42,273 nt of DNA from an uncultured Bacilli bacterium (GCA_947631515.1 CANRLP010000002.1:1-42273), one strand, 5' to 3'. Numbered from the stretch's first letter, positions 6,798 to 15,501 are shown. Notes: generated by a model from the sequence alone, not told the origin. Numbers and translations are program-made.

Positions 6798-9697
6798 TAA
6801 AAGAAATGAGAAAGGTTATAATATTAATTTTAATTGTTACAATTGGTTTTAATTGTAAAAATGTAAATGCTGCTAGTGCTTACGGAAGATATATTCCCGG
6901 CGCAGCAATCCCAGTAGATATCAAATATAGTAATGGGAAAAGTTATCAAGATAACAAATTCCAAATAAGATTTGATTATAATGCAGGAGGAACAAATAAA
7001 AGCTTAGAATTAGATGCGTACTGTATCGACGTTGGTTATACCATGATGTCTGCTTACACACCTTTACAATGTACTCATGTAAAAGACAACGCTGCTTTAC
7101 AATATGCTATTACTCACTTAACAACAAATCATACTGTTAATCAATTAGTTTTACGTTTAGTAGCTATTGCTACCGGAGAAGCTAAATCATTAACTGAAAA
7201 AGGTGGTTATTTAAAAGCTTATATAGATAGTGGTGGAGGTTTAGTTGGAGACCAAACGATATTAGCTCAAGTAAAACAAAAATATGAAGAAGCTATGCGT
7301 GCCACTAATGCTTCAGTTTCAACAGGAAACAAATTACAATTTACGCAAACAGGGGGATCTAGTACTGCTAATAGTTATACAGCTACTTATAATGTTAGTA
7401 CAATTGATGGTAGCAGAATAAATTCCGTATCTTTTGCTTGTGAAAATTGCAATATGATTAGCCAAAGTTGGAATGGAACAAATGGTAGTGTTACCATTCA
7501 AGTTACTAATCAAGAATGTAATTACAATATAAATGCTTATTATAATTCAGGAGATAATTCTAACAATGGTAATAGTAATGGCAATGGAGAATTATATTTA
7601 TGTACAGCTAGCGGATTACAACAATTAGTTGTTAATGTTAGTAGTGCCGACGCTGCTCAAATTGGCGATAGTATAGGGGGAGGAAGTAATACACCAACTC
7701 AAAGCTATACGGGAACTGTTCCAGCATCAACAGGTGGAGAATATTACGCAAAATATTGTCAAAATAAATGTAATACACCAACTGAAATAAATATGCCTGC
7801 TTATTGTGATGATTCAGGTGAAGAAAATATCTCAATAAAAGGTCCTTCAAATATAAAAGCTTGTGTATTAAAAGGAAAAGATGAAGCGGGAAACAGTTAT
7901 CAAGATAGTACTTCCGTACCAGCTTCAAATCCATATTGTGCTGTTTATTGTAAAGAAGATTATGATATGTCACTTCCAGGGGCTCAATATACAACTAGTG
8001 GTAAGTATTTCCAATTAAAAAATACGACTGTAACAGGGAAACGCTCATGCTACGTAACAAGTGAAGTTGGTGGAAATACTGATGGAATTGATCTTTCAAA
8101 ATATAAAAAAGAAATGGTAGCTGCTCAACAACAATTAATCAATGCTTATAACGAATATAGTAAAGCAAAAGCTTTGTATGATAATAAAGGTAATGCGGCA
8201 ACTACTATAACAAGAGATTGCGAAGGTAAGGAAGCTGTTGAATATAATTTAACTGTAAATTATACATATTATAGAGCAAATTGTAGTGAATCAACTGGAC
8301 AATGTACGATAAGCTCTGGTACAGCAAGTGCTAGTGCTAAATGGGGAGCAGTAGCTCTATGTGGTGTTTCTACTGATACTATTAACTCTTCTACTGGAAA
8401 TGTAGGCAATGGTTATAATTGCCATAAAAATGGTTCAAAAAGTTATGTATGTACTAAAGAAGTTAGAACTTCGGCAACTATACCAGTAGATGGAGCTAAC
8501 GAACCAATGGCACCAAGTTTTGATTCAGTTTCAGCAGCTATGAATACAATTAAATCTAAAATTAGTAGTTTACAACAATGTTATAATTGGACAAATAACT
8601 TCTGTTTTAATCCAGATGTAGATTTTGATTATAATGAAGAATATAATTCTGATATTAATTATGAAAAAGTATCTGAGGATGGTGGAACTACAGAAACATC
8701 AATAGGTACATCTATTGATAATGCTTATAATCCAAATGGGGTAGGAAGCATTAATGAAACTATAAATTATATTGGATGTACCGAAAATTCATGTACCAAT
8801 AATGGTAATATAGGTACTAATATATCTTCTAACGTTACATATGTTAGAAAATCCGTAACTAAGTCAGCTTCTTTTAACAATCGTCAACAATTTCAAACCA
8901 ATTATCCACATGGAACTATTAACACAGTAACTGATCAAAGTGCTGTACGACAAAATTATTCTTATTTAGGAGCTGTATTCCCAGTAGCCTTAAAAACTGA
9001 TACAGGTGTATATAATTGGACTTTAAATTTCAAAAATATTGGTCAATATAATACCGAAAGTTGTAAATTAGGTAGATTAAATCAAGTTGCTACTGCGACT
9101 GGTAAAGTCTTAGAAGATAATATTGGATACGTTTGTGTATATGTAGTCGATTGTGATGATTGTGATTATGGATGTAATTGCCCAACTAATTTACCAGATG
9201 GTTATACATGCGTTAAACGAAGTCAATTTGTCTGTGAAATTATTGAAACAGATGAAAAATGTGACAATTGTGATGTATATTGTGTAAATTGTATATTTGA
9301 TGGAGACGATACTTATTCTTATCGTACTATTTCTCTATCTGATATAAATCCAAATAATCGAACTTTAGGAGCCAATTGGTCAAGTGCCAAAGGTCAAGCA
9401 ACAGAAAGTGAAATAGAAAAAAATAATGAATCAATCTACATAGAACCAGATTATTCATACACAATTACAGCTACACAAATGAAAAATATTAGAGATTATA
9501 ATAAACAAAAAGGTACTTATATCGCCGATGATTTAACTTATCATAAATTAAATAATTTTAATAATATTTATGGTACAAGTTCATTCTTAGATGAAGGTCA
9601 AAGTAAAGGCTTCTTTACAGAAAATAAAAGAAATACTTCATGGACTTTATGGACTGGTGAAGTAAATACCAATGGAATTGGTCCATCATGGAAATAG
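6794..9697 (+). CDS. 967-aa exported Cys-rich protein (candidate adhesin or pilus-associated component)
   Basis: The ATG overlaps the upstream stop (ATGA), with AAGGAG about 10 nt upstream. Signal peptide ends ...GFNCKNVNA/AS and there is no further TM. About 35 Cys in the mature part by my count, including 11 Cys within 53 residues at 9134-9292. Asn/Thr/Ser/Gly-rich. No family recognised. Confidence 0.7.
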   Translation: MIKEMRKVIILILIVTIGFNCKNVNAASAYGRYIPGAAIPVDIKYSNGKSYQDNKFQIRFDYNAGGTNKSLELDAYCIDVGYTMMSAYTPLQCTHVKDNAALQYAITHLTTNHTVNQLVLRLVAIATGEAKSLTEKGGYLKAYIDSGGGLVGDQTILAQVKQKYEEAMRATNASVSTGNKLQFTQTGGSSTANSYTATYNVSTIDGSRINSVSFACENCNMISQSWNGTNGSVTIQVTNQECNYNINAYYNSGDNSNNGNSNGNGELYLCTASGLQQLVVNVSSADAAQIGDSIGGGSNTPTQSYTGTVPASTGGEYYAKYCQNKCNTPTEINMPAYCDDSGEENISIKGPSNIKACVLKGKDEAGNSYQDSTSVPASNPYCAVYCKEDYDMSLPGAQYTTSGKYFQLKNTTVTGKRSCYVTSEVGGNTDGIDLSKYKKEMVAAQQQLINAYNEYSKAKALYDNKGNAATTITRDCEGKEAVEYNLTVNYTYYRANCSESTGQCTISSGTASASAKWGAVALCGVSTDTINSSTGNVGNGYNCHKNGSKSYVCTKEVRTSATIPVDGANEPMAPSFDSVSAAMNTIKSKISSLQQCYNWTNNFCFNPDVDFDYNEEYNSDINYEKVSEDGGTTETSIGTSIDNAYNPNGVGSINETINYIGCTENSCTNNGNIGTNISSNVTYVRKSVTKSASFNNRQQFQTNYPHGTINTVTDQSAVRQNYSYLGAVFPVALKTDTGVYNWTLNFKNIGQYNTESCKLGRLNQVATATGKVLEDNIGYVCVYVVDCDDCDYGCNCPTNLPDGYTCVKRSQFVCEIIETDEKCDNCDVYCVNCIFDGDDTYSYRTISLSDINPNNRTLGANWSSAKGQATESEIEKNNESIYIEPDYSYTITATQMKNIRDYNKQKGTYIADDLTYHKLNNFNNIYGTSSFLDEGQSKGFFTENKRNTSWTLWTGEVNTNGIGPSWK

Positions 9698-9713
9698 AAG
9701 GGTGGAGTAAATA

Positions 9714-10124
9714 GTGAAAGAATCCTATTGGGGTTATTGGTTGATTACGTTAGGTGTATTTATAATAATTATTATGATGCTAATATCAAATGTAACCACT
9801 AAAAATACTCAAGATTATTATTTAATCAAAGAAGTAACAGAAGCTTCGATGGTGGATGCCGTAAATTATGGTTATTATCGTGAGTATGGTGAATTAAAAA
9901 TTGACCGTGAAAAATTTATTGAATCATTCTTTCGAAGATTTTCCGAAAATGTCAGTTTAAATACATATAAAATTGAATTCTATGGTCTATATGAAGCACC
10001 ACCTAAAGTTAGTGTTAAAGTAACAAGTAATAGTGGTAGCTTTATAGTAGCAGGGGATCAAACAACGTTTGATATTGTAAATAAAGTAGATGCTATATTA
10101 GAGCTTTCTGGAACAAATGAATAA
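9714..10124 (+). CDS. Bitopic minor-pilin-like protein (136 aa)
   Basis: GTG start 6 nt after GGGTGGAG. The N-terminus MKESYWGYWLITLGVFIIIIMMLI shares an M-[KR]-E-x-x-x-G-x-W-[LI] leader plus hydrophobic helix with the ORFs at 14521 and 15000. Confidence 0.5.
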   Translation: MKESYWGYWLITLGVFIIIIMMLISNVTTKNTQDYYLIKEVTEASMVDAVNYGYYREYGELKIDREKFIESFFRRFSENVSLNTYKIEFYGLYEAPPKVSVKVTSNSGSFIVAGDQTTFDIVNKVDAILELSGTNE

Positions 10125-10141
10125 AAATGGAGGATTAAAAT

Positions 10142-10978
10142 ATGGGAAATATCGTAACAACAATTAAAAGATTTTTAGGGAATAAAAACACCGTAACTAT
10201 TATCGGAGTAATTCTAGGGATTTTGGTTTTATATATAGGTTATAACTACCGAGTTAATCAAGCAACAACACCTGTCACTGTGCCTTATGCTAAAGAAGAA
10301 ATTTCATCACGTACTTTAATTACCAGTGATATGATTGGGTATATGGAAGTATCTAGTAGTGTGGTAAATAGTAGTCCAAATTTAATTACTAATGCTAGCC
10401 AATTAATTAATAATTATGTAGCATTTGGAACTACTATTCCAGCTAATAGTTTATTCTATAACTCTCAAATTTTAACATCAGACGAAATGCCAGATAGTGC
10501 ATTTGCTAATATTCCTGATGGTTATACTATTTATAGTTTAGGAGTTAATCTTCATACTACTTATGGTAACTCAATTTATCCAGGAAATTATATTGATTTA
10601 TACTTCAAAGGTATTGATGATACTCAAAAGATTATGTTTGGAAAATTAATTGAAAGTATTGAAGTTCTAGCCGTAAAAGATAGTAACGGAAATCACGTAT
10701 TTGAAACAACTGTAGAATCTCGGACACCTGCCGAATTACTATTTGCTGTACCAAATGATATGTATGATTTATTAATGAAAGCGGGTTATATTAGCGGTTC
10801 ATCAATCGAAATTATCCCTGTACCTCGTAATGCATCTTATAGTGCTAATCCAGGTGATACAGTAGTATCAAGTGATCAAATTAGAGACTTTATCTTATCT
10901 AAGAGTGCAACAATAGCTCAAAATACTACAACTACAACACCAAATAATCAAACAAATAATACTACTACAACTAACTAA
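10142..10978 (+). CDS. CpaB/RcpC-like pilus assembly protein (TM + SAF-like domain)
   Basis: GGAGG RBS. N-terminal TM (VTIIGVILGILVLYIGY), then the SAF-like stretch VPYAKEEISSRTLITSDMIGYMEV and a later ...IYPGNYIDLYF... segment, as in CpaB/RcpC. Thr/Asn-rich low-complexity tail. Confidence 0.6.
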   Translation: MGNIVTTIKRFLGNKNTVTIIGVILGILVLYIGYNYRVNQATTPVTVPYAKEEISSRTLITSDMIGYMEVSSSVVNSSPNLITNASQLINNYVAFGTTIPANSLFYNSQILTSDEMPDSAFANIPDGYTIYSLGVNLHTTYGNSIYPGNYIDLYFKGIDDTQKIMFGKLIESIEVLAVKDSNGNHVFETTVESRTPAELLFAVPNDMYDLLMKAGYISGSSIEIIPVPRNASYSANPGDTVVSSDQIRDFILSKSATIAQNTTTTTPNNQTNNTTTTN

Positions 10979-11009
10979 TAAAAAAAGAATAAAAAGGGAA
11001 GGTGACTAA

Positions 11010-12227
11010 ATGACCAATGATGCTATATTTTCTCAATTAGATTTTGGACCCCTTGACGAATTTTTAAAACAAGATGACGTAACCGATATTTCTTATAGTA
11101 ATGGTGGCCAAATTTGGTTAAAGACTCTTTCCCGTGGTGTTTTTCAAGTAGAAAGACCCCAAATTAATAATGCTTTAATGGAAAAACTAGCTTTCCAATG
11201 TTCCAATGTTATGGGTAAAACATTCAATATGGCTCATCCCTTTTTGGATGCTGAATCAACTGAATTACGTTTAAACTTTGTCCATGAATCGATTGCTACT
11301 AATGGTATAGCTTGCTTAATTCGGAAGACACCTGCTAAAATTAGATTAAATCGTGAAAAACTTATTAACGAAAAATATGTTCGCGAAGATTTATTAGATT
11401 TCTTACTAGCCTGCGTTCAAGGTCATGCTAATATCATTGTTAGTGGTGAAACTGGTTCAGGTAAAACCGAGCTTGTTAAATACTTAGCTAGTACAACCAA
11501 AGAAAATGAAAAAATTATAACAATCGAAGATACTTTGGAATTACATTTAGATAGAATATTTCCTCATCGAGATATTGTCGCTATGAAAACCAATAACATT
11601 GCCTCATATACTGATGTTTTGGTTACTTGTATGCGTCAAAATCCTATTTGGATTTTACTATCCGAAGTTCGTAGTGCTGAAGCAGTTTTAGCCGTTCGTA
11701 ACTCTATATCATCTGGACACCATATAATTTCGACGATCCATGCAGATAAAGCAGCTAGTATTCCGATGCGTATGTATAGCTTACTAGAATCTAATCTAGA
11801 TGTTGAACAATTTTTATCAACTATTCATCGCTATGTCCAAATTGGAATATATGTTAAAGGTTATTTAAGTAAAGAACTAGGAAGATTTCAACGGGAAATT
11901 ATGGAAATTTGCGAATTCTATGTTGATGAAGACAACAAACCAAAAGCTAATACCATATTTCAAAAAACGATGGATGGTCAATTTACCTTAAATAATCCTA
12001 CGAAAAACTTAAGAGATTATTTAGCAATCCAAGGAGTAATTTTACCAGATGACATTTTTAGAACTACAGAAAGTCCTAAGCCAAATCTTAATCCTAGTCC
12101 AAATGTTACTCCTGTTACTCCTAATTTAAATCAAAATGTAACACCAAACATAAATACATCAAATATGCCAAATCCGAGTCAAGTATCACCCAATATTAAT
12201 ATGATAAACAATCAACAAGCGATATAA
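11010..12227 (+). CDS. TadA/CpaF-type (VirB11/GspE superfamily) secretion ATPase
   Basis: Walker A SGETGSGKTE, Asp box ITIEDTLEL, Walker B-like IWILLSEVR, His box SGHHIISTIHA. The C-terminal ~55 aa are a Pro/Asn-rich low-complexity tail. Followed by two T2SSF-like membrane proteins. Confidence 0.8.
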   Translation: MTNDAIFSQLDFGPLDEFLKQDDVTDISYSNGGQIWLKTLSRGVFQVERPQINNALMEKLAFQCSNVMGKTFNMAHPFLDAESTELRLNFVHESIATNGIACLIRKTPAKIRLNREKLINEKYVREDLLDFLLACVQGHANIIVSGETGSGKTELVKYLASTTKENEKIITIEDTLELHLDRIFPHRDIVAMKTNNIASYTDVLVTCMRQNPIWILLSEVRSAEAVLAVRNSISSGHHIISTIHADKAASIPMRMYSLLESNLDVEQFLSTIHRYVQIGIYVKGYLSKELGRFQREIMEICEFYVDEDNKPKANTIFQKTMDGQFTLNNPTKNLRDYLAIQGVILPDDIFRTTESPKPNLNPSPNVTPVTPNLNQNVTPNINTSNMPNPSQVSPNINMINNQQAI

Positions 12228-12254
12228 TATATATAAAAGAGAGTAGGTGCAAAA

Positions 12255-13148
12255 GTGGAATTAATTATATTATTAATAATTGCTATTTACGTTATATCTT
12301 ATCGTCAAAATAATGGCCAAAATGTTTATAAATTCTTCATCTCACAAGTTAGTGAAGTATATGATAAATATGCGCCATATAGCTATAAAGAAGTAAGAGA
12401 AAAAGTTAAAGCTTTAGGACAAGATTTTACAACTCGAGAATACATTTCTCAAGTTGCAATATTTGGAATTGTTGCTGGTGGTATATCTTACTTATATTTT
12501 TATAATATTATCATCGCCCTTATCTATGCTGGAGTAGCAATAGCTTTTATTCCTTATTTAACTTATTTAAGATATCAAAAAATATATAGTGAATTTATCT
12601 TTGAACAAATTCAAATATATACAACAAATGTTATTATGGAATTTACTACAACGCAAAGTTTTGTTAAATCACTAGAAGGAGTTAGAGATTCTGGTATTTT
12701 AGAAGATCCAGTATTACAAGATGTTAAAACTATGATCGAAATGTCATATCAAAATGGTACTATCGATGAATCTATTGAATTCTTTAATGAAAAATATCCA
12801 TTTTATATGGTTAAAAATATGAATCAATTATTCCTTCAAATTACAAAAGAAGGTGCTAAAGATTCTGGAGAAGCCTTAGAAAATATGAGTCAAGACATCG
12901 ATGCTTTAGTTGAAGGAGTATATCGTGATCAAGTTGACCGTAAAAACTTCCATAAACGTTTCATAACTTTCGGACTAGCTTTATTCTTACTAGTTATGGC
13001 CATGCAATTTTTACTAGGAACCGATAGTTATATTGAACTATTAGATATTTGGTATGTTCAAATTATTTTACATTTAATATTAATAATAAATAGTTATTTC
13101 TTAATTAGTGGTGAGAAATACTATAACGAAGACTTGGGGGTAGAATAG
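12255..13148 (+). CDS. TadB-like (T2SSF-type) pilus platform membrane protein
   Basis: GTG start 5 nt after TAGGTG. Topology is N-terminal TM helices, a ~130-aa cytoplasmic helical domain and C-terminal TM helices, as in TadB/GspF-type platform proteins. The call rests on topology and its position next to the ATPase. Confidence 0.5.
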   Translation: MELIILLIIAIYVISYRQNNGQNVYKFFISQVSEVYDKYAPYSYKEVREKVKALGQDFTTREYISQVAIFGIVAGGISYLYFYNIIIALIYAGVAIAFIPYLTYLRYQKIYSEFIFEQIQIYTTNVIMEFTTTQSFVKSLEGVRDSGILEDPVLQDVKTMIEMSYQNGTIDESIEFFNEKYPFYMVKNMNQLFLQITKEGAKDSGEALENMSQDIDALVEGVYRDQVDRKNFHKRFITFGLALFLLVMAMQFLLGTDSYIELLDIWYVQIILHLILIINSYFLISGEKYYNEDLGVE

Positions 13149-13149
13149 T

Positions 13150-13938
13150 ATGGCCATTGAAATATTGTTAATTGGGGGTATTATTCTATTCGTCATGAAT
13201 TATACAGGACGTATTAGTGCTAATAAATTTATTGCTGATAATGAAGTTTACTTTAAAAAATTAAAAGAAGATGATTGGGACTTTTTCGTTAAAGCTAAAT
13301 ATGGTGATGGAGTAAACGCCGATGTTTTATTTAATAAAAGAATTCGTAATGGTTTAATTATTATAGTAGTTTTAATATTTTGCTTCATCTCTAAATTAAA
13401 TTATGTAACTATTTTATTTTCGATTTTAGGAGGATTCTTAGTATTTAAATTAGATTATTTAAATATTAAAAAATATTACAAAGCTCATTTACATGAAATC
13501 GATGCTATGCTACCTCATTACTTAAAAAGTTTAGAAATATTAATTCAACACTATACTGTGCCTGTAGCTATAGGTAAATCAATTGATGATGCTCCAGCTA
13601 TATTTAAAGAAGGTTTACAAGAATTAATTAATGAAATAAATTCTGGTAATGATAAAATCGATCCATATGTTAACTTTGCTAAAGAGTATCCCGTTAGAGA
13701 TTCCATGCGAATGATGCGTTTATTATATCGGTTAAGTTTAGGACGTCAAGAACATAAACAAGAACAATTACTTGCTTTTTCCAAAACTATCTCTAACTTA
13801 CAACAAAAAGCACGTGACATTAAATATAAAGAACGTCTAGAAAAAATGGAATCAAAAACAATGAGTATGTTGATAACTACTGGCCTAGGAGTTATGATTC
13901 TCTTAATCTTCTCTGTATTAATGTTAATGGGTACATAA
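13150..13938 (+). CDS. TadC-like (T2SSF-type) pilus platform membrane protein
   Basis: Starts 2 nt after the previous stop. Similar architecture: N-terminal TMs, cytoplasmic helical domain, C-terminal TM MLITTGLGVMILLIFSVLMLM. The call rests on topology and context. Confidence 0.5.
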   Translation: MAIEILLIGGIILFVMNYTGRISANKFIADNEVYFKKLKEDDWDFFVKAKYGDGVNADVLFNKRIRNGLIIIVVLIFCFISKLNYVTILFSILGGFLVFKLDYLNIKKYYKAHLHEIDAMLPHYLKSLEILIQHYTVPVAIGKSIDDAPAIFKEGLQELINEINSGNDKIDPYVNFAKEYPVRDSMRMMRLLYRLSLGRQEHKQEQLLAFSKTISNLQQKARDIKYKERLEKMESKTMSMLITTGLGVMILLIFSVLMLMGT

Positions 13939-13944
13939 AAAATA

Positions 13945-13973
13945 TTGATATTATAATAAAAAAAAGATATAAT
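13945..13973 (+). promoter_or_regulatory. Internal sigma-A-type promoter ahead of the pilin genes
   Basis: TTGATA (13945-13950), 17-nt spacer, TATAAT (13968-13973), followed by a strong RBS AGAGGAGG before ATG 14001. Confidence 0.5.
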
Positions 13974-14000
13974 AAAAAATAGAATAGAGGAGGAAGAAAA

Positions 14001-14246
14001 ATGAAGGAAGCCACTGGAGAATTAAATATGACTGTTGTAACAGTAGTAGCAATTGCCGCTGTAGCAGCATTCTTCTATGCCTTTGTATGGCCATCTATAA
14101 AAAATAGTATTACTAGAAATACAAATTGTGCCAACGCTAGTTGTCCTGCTGGATGTACAACAGCTACTTGTGCTTGTACTTATATAGATGATAAAGGTGC
14201 AACTCAATCTGTTACATGTCCAAACCCAGATACAACTAAAAAATAA
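14001..14246 (+). CDS. Flp-sized pilin candidate 1 (81 aa) with Cys-rich C-terminal head
   Basis: AGGAGG RBS 8 nt upstream. Short polar leader MKEATG, then ELNMTVVTVVAIAAVAAFFYAFVW (hydrophobic helix), then a 6-Cys tail CANASCPAGCTTATCACTY...TC. Tandem paralog of the 14265 gene. Confidence 0.6.
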   Translation: MKEATGELNMTVVTVVAIAAVAAFFYAFVWPSIKNSITRNTNCANASCPAGCTTATCACTYIDDKGATQSVTCPNPDTTKK

Positions 14247-14264
14247 TATAAAAGGAGTTTATAA

Positions 14265-14504
14265 ATGAAACAAGCCACTGGAGAATTAAATATGACTGTT
14301 GTAGTAGTTATAGCGGTAGGAGTCCTAGCGGCTTTTTTCTATACAACTTTATGGCCCCAATTAAAAGGAAGTTATATTGCATCTAGTAAATGTAATGATG
14401 CCGTATGTGATCCTAAAACTTTAAGAGATGGTAAAGTTACATGCAATTATTATAAAAATGGTGAAATCCAAGGTAAAAGCTTTGAATGTGTTTGGAAAGG
14501 TTAA
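14265..14504 (+). CDS. Flp-sized pilin candidate 2 (79 aa)
   Basis: AAGGAG RBS. Leader MKQATG, then ELNMTVVVVIAVGVLAAFFYTTLW, then a 4-Cys tail. Nt 14272-14303 are identical to 14008-14039 of the first pilin gene. Confidence 0.6.
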   Translation: MKQATGELNMTVVVVIAVGVLAAFFYTTLWPQLKGSYIASSKCNDAVCDPKTLRDGKVTCNYYKNGEIQGKSFECVWKG

Positions 14505-14520
14505 TTGAGGAAGTGATAAT

Positions 14521-14973
14521 ATGAGGGAAGCAATAGGTGGAACATGGTTATTTCAAATAGTAATTATTTTCGTCTTATTATTTACAGGATTCATGTGTTT
14601 AACAATTAACCATTCCAAAGCATTTAATGTTAAAAATACTATTATAAAAGCCATTGAAAGAGAAGAAGGCGCCGATTTAAATAATCCTAACCAAGATCCA
14701 GCAATTCGGAGAATTGTTTCTTATTTAAGAGAAGCATCTTATCGAACAACAGGTAATTGTCCGAATGGTTATATTGGCTATAACAGAGATGGTCTTATTG
14801 ATAGTCGAAATTCTGCTTTTTGTATTCAAAAAACAGTAACTAAAAATTCTAATGATTTACCAGATATGAGTTATTATCGAGTTGTGGTATTTTATCAACT
14901 TGATTTGCCGATATTTAATGAAGTATTTAATTTTACTGTAACTGGAGATACCAGATTAATTAATAAAAGTTAA
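14521..14973 (+). CDS. Minor-pilin/TadE-like protein (150 aa)
   Basis: N-terminus MREAIGGTWLFQIVIIFVLLFTGFMCL, then a globular part with a Cys pair (GNCPNG...AFCIQK). Paralog of the 15000 gene. Confidence 0.5.
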   Translation: MREAIGGTWLFQIVIIFVLLFTGFMCLTINHSKAFNVKNTIIKAIEREEGADLNNPNQDPAIRRIVSYLREASYRTTGNCPNGYIGYNRDGLIDSRNSAFCIQKTVTKNSNDLPDMSYYRVVVFYQLDLPIFNEVFNFTVTGDTRLINKS

Positions 14974-14999
14974 AACTATACAGAGAAGTAGGTGATAAA

Positions 15000-15488
15000 A
15001 TGAGAGAAGCAATAGGTGGAACATGGATTATGCAATTAGTAATCGTTTTTATGTTGATTTTCGTTGCTTTTTTAGCTTTGTCACTAAATTATAGTAAAGC
15101 TTTTCAAATGAAAAATGAAGTAATGACTATAATTGAAAAAAGAGAAGGCTTAACTACCGGACCAAATGGTAGTATAGCTTTAATTAATAGTTATTTGTCT
15201 AATAATGGGTATCGTGTAAGAAGAGGGTGTCCAGTTGGTAGTTATGGCGTATCAGATTTAACAAATTCCACCATTGAAAAAGTTGCCACAACCGGTAAAC
15301 AATATTATTATTGTGTTCAAAAAGTTAAATCGGGAACTAAAAATGAACCTCAAAAAGCATATTATAAAATTAATATTTTCTTTTATTTTAACTTGCCAGT
15401 AGTGGGAGACATTTTCAAATTTAATATTAATGGAGCAACTAATGATATTCTTATTCCTGCCGATAATTTACAAGCAATAACAGAATAG
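15000..15488 (+). CDS. Minor-pilin/TadE-like protein (162 aa)
   Basis: N-terminus MREAIGGTWIMQLVIVFMLIFVAFLAL, with a Cys pair (RGCPVG...YYCVQK). Nt 15006-15026 are identical to 14527-14547. Confidence 0.5.
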   Translation: MREAIGGTWIMQLVIVFMLIFVAFLALSLNYSKAFQMKNEVMTIIEKREGLTTGPNGSIALINSYLSNNGYRVRRGCPVGSYGVSDLTNSTIEKVATTGKQYYYCVQKVKSGTKNEPQKAYYKINIFFYFNLPVVGDIFKFNINGATNDILIPADNLQAITE

Positions 15489-15501
15489 GTGATGAATTTA
15501 T

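Noticed and set aside
7638-7994. 118-aa ORF antisense to the 967-aa gene
   Set aside because: It lies wholly inside, and opposite to, a long well-supported CDS. It has no RBS, and its Tyr/Leu/His-rich translation is typical of antisense reading of AT-rich coding DNA.
6794-9697. Thioester (TQXA-type) adhesin domain in the 967-aa protein, suggested by the AYCID motif
   Set aside because: AYCID resembles the Cys-containing motif of thioester domains, but the only nearby Gln context (VNQLVLRL) is about 40 residues away and does not match TQxA[IV]W. The spacing and motif are therefore not supportive.
11010-13938. Interpreting the ATPase and membrane proteins as the SpoIIIA sporulation channel (SpoIIIAA/AB-like)
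   Set aside because: The gene sizes, the number of genes and the presence of pilin-like, CpaB-like and TadZ-like genes do not match the eight-gene spoIIIA operon. The architecture fits a Tad-type locus better.
14001-14504. Reading the two small Cys/Thr/Ser-rich proteins as lanthipeptide/RiPP precursors
   Set aside because: The Cys/Thr-rich C-termini look superficially lantibiotic-like. However, each protein has a long hydrophobic helix after a short leader, there is no modification enzyme, transporter or immunity gene nearby, and they sit exactly where pilin genes sit in a Tad-like operon.
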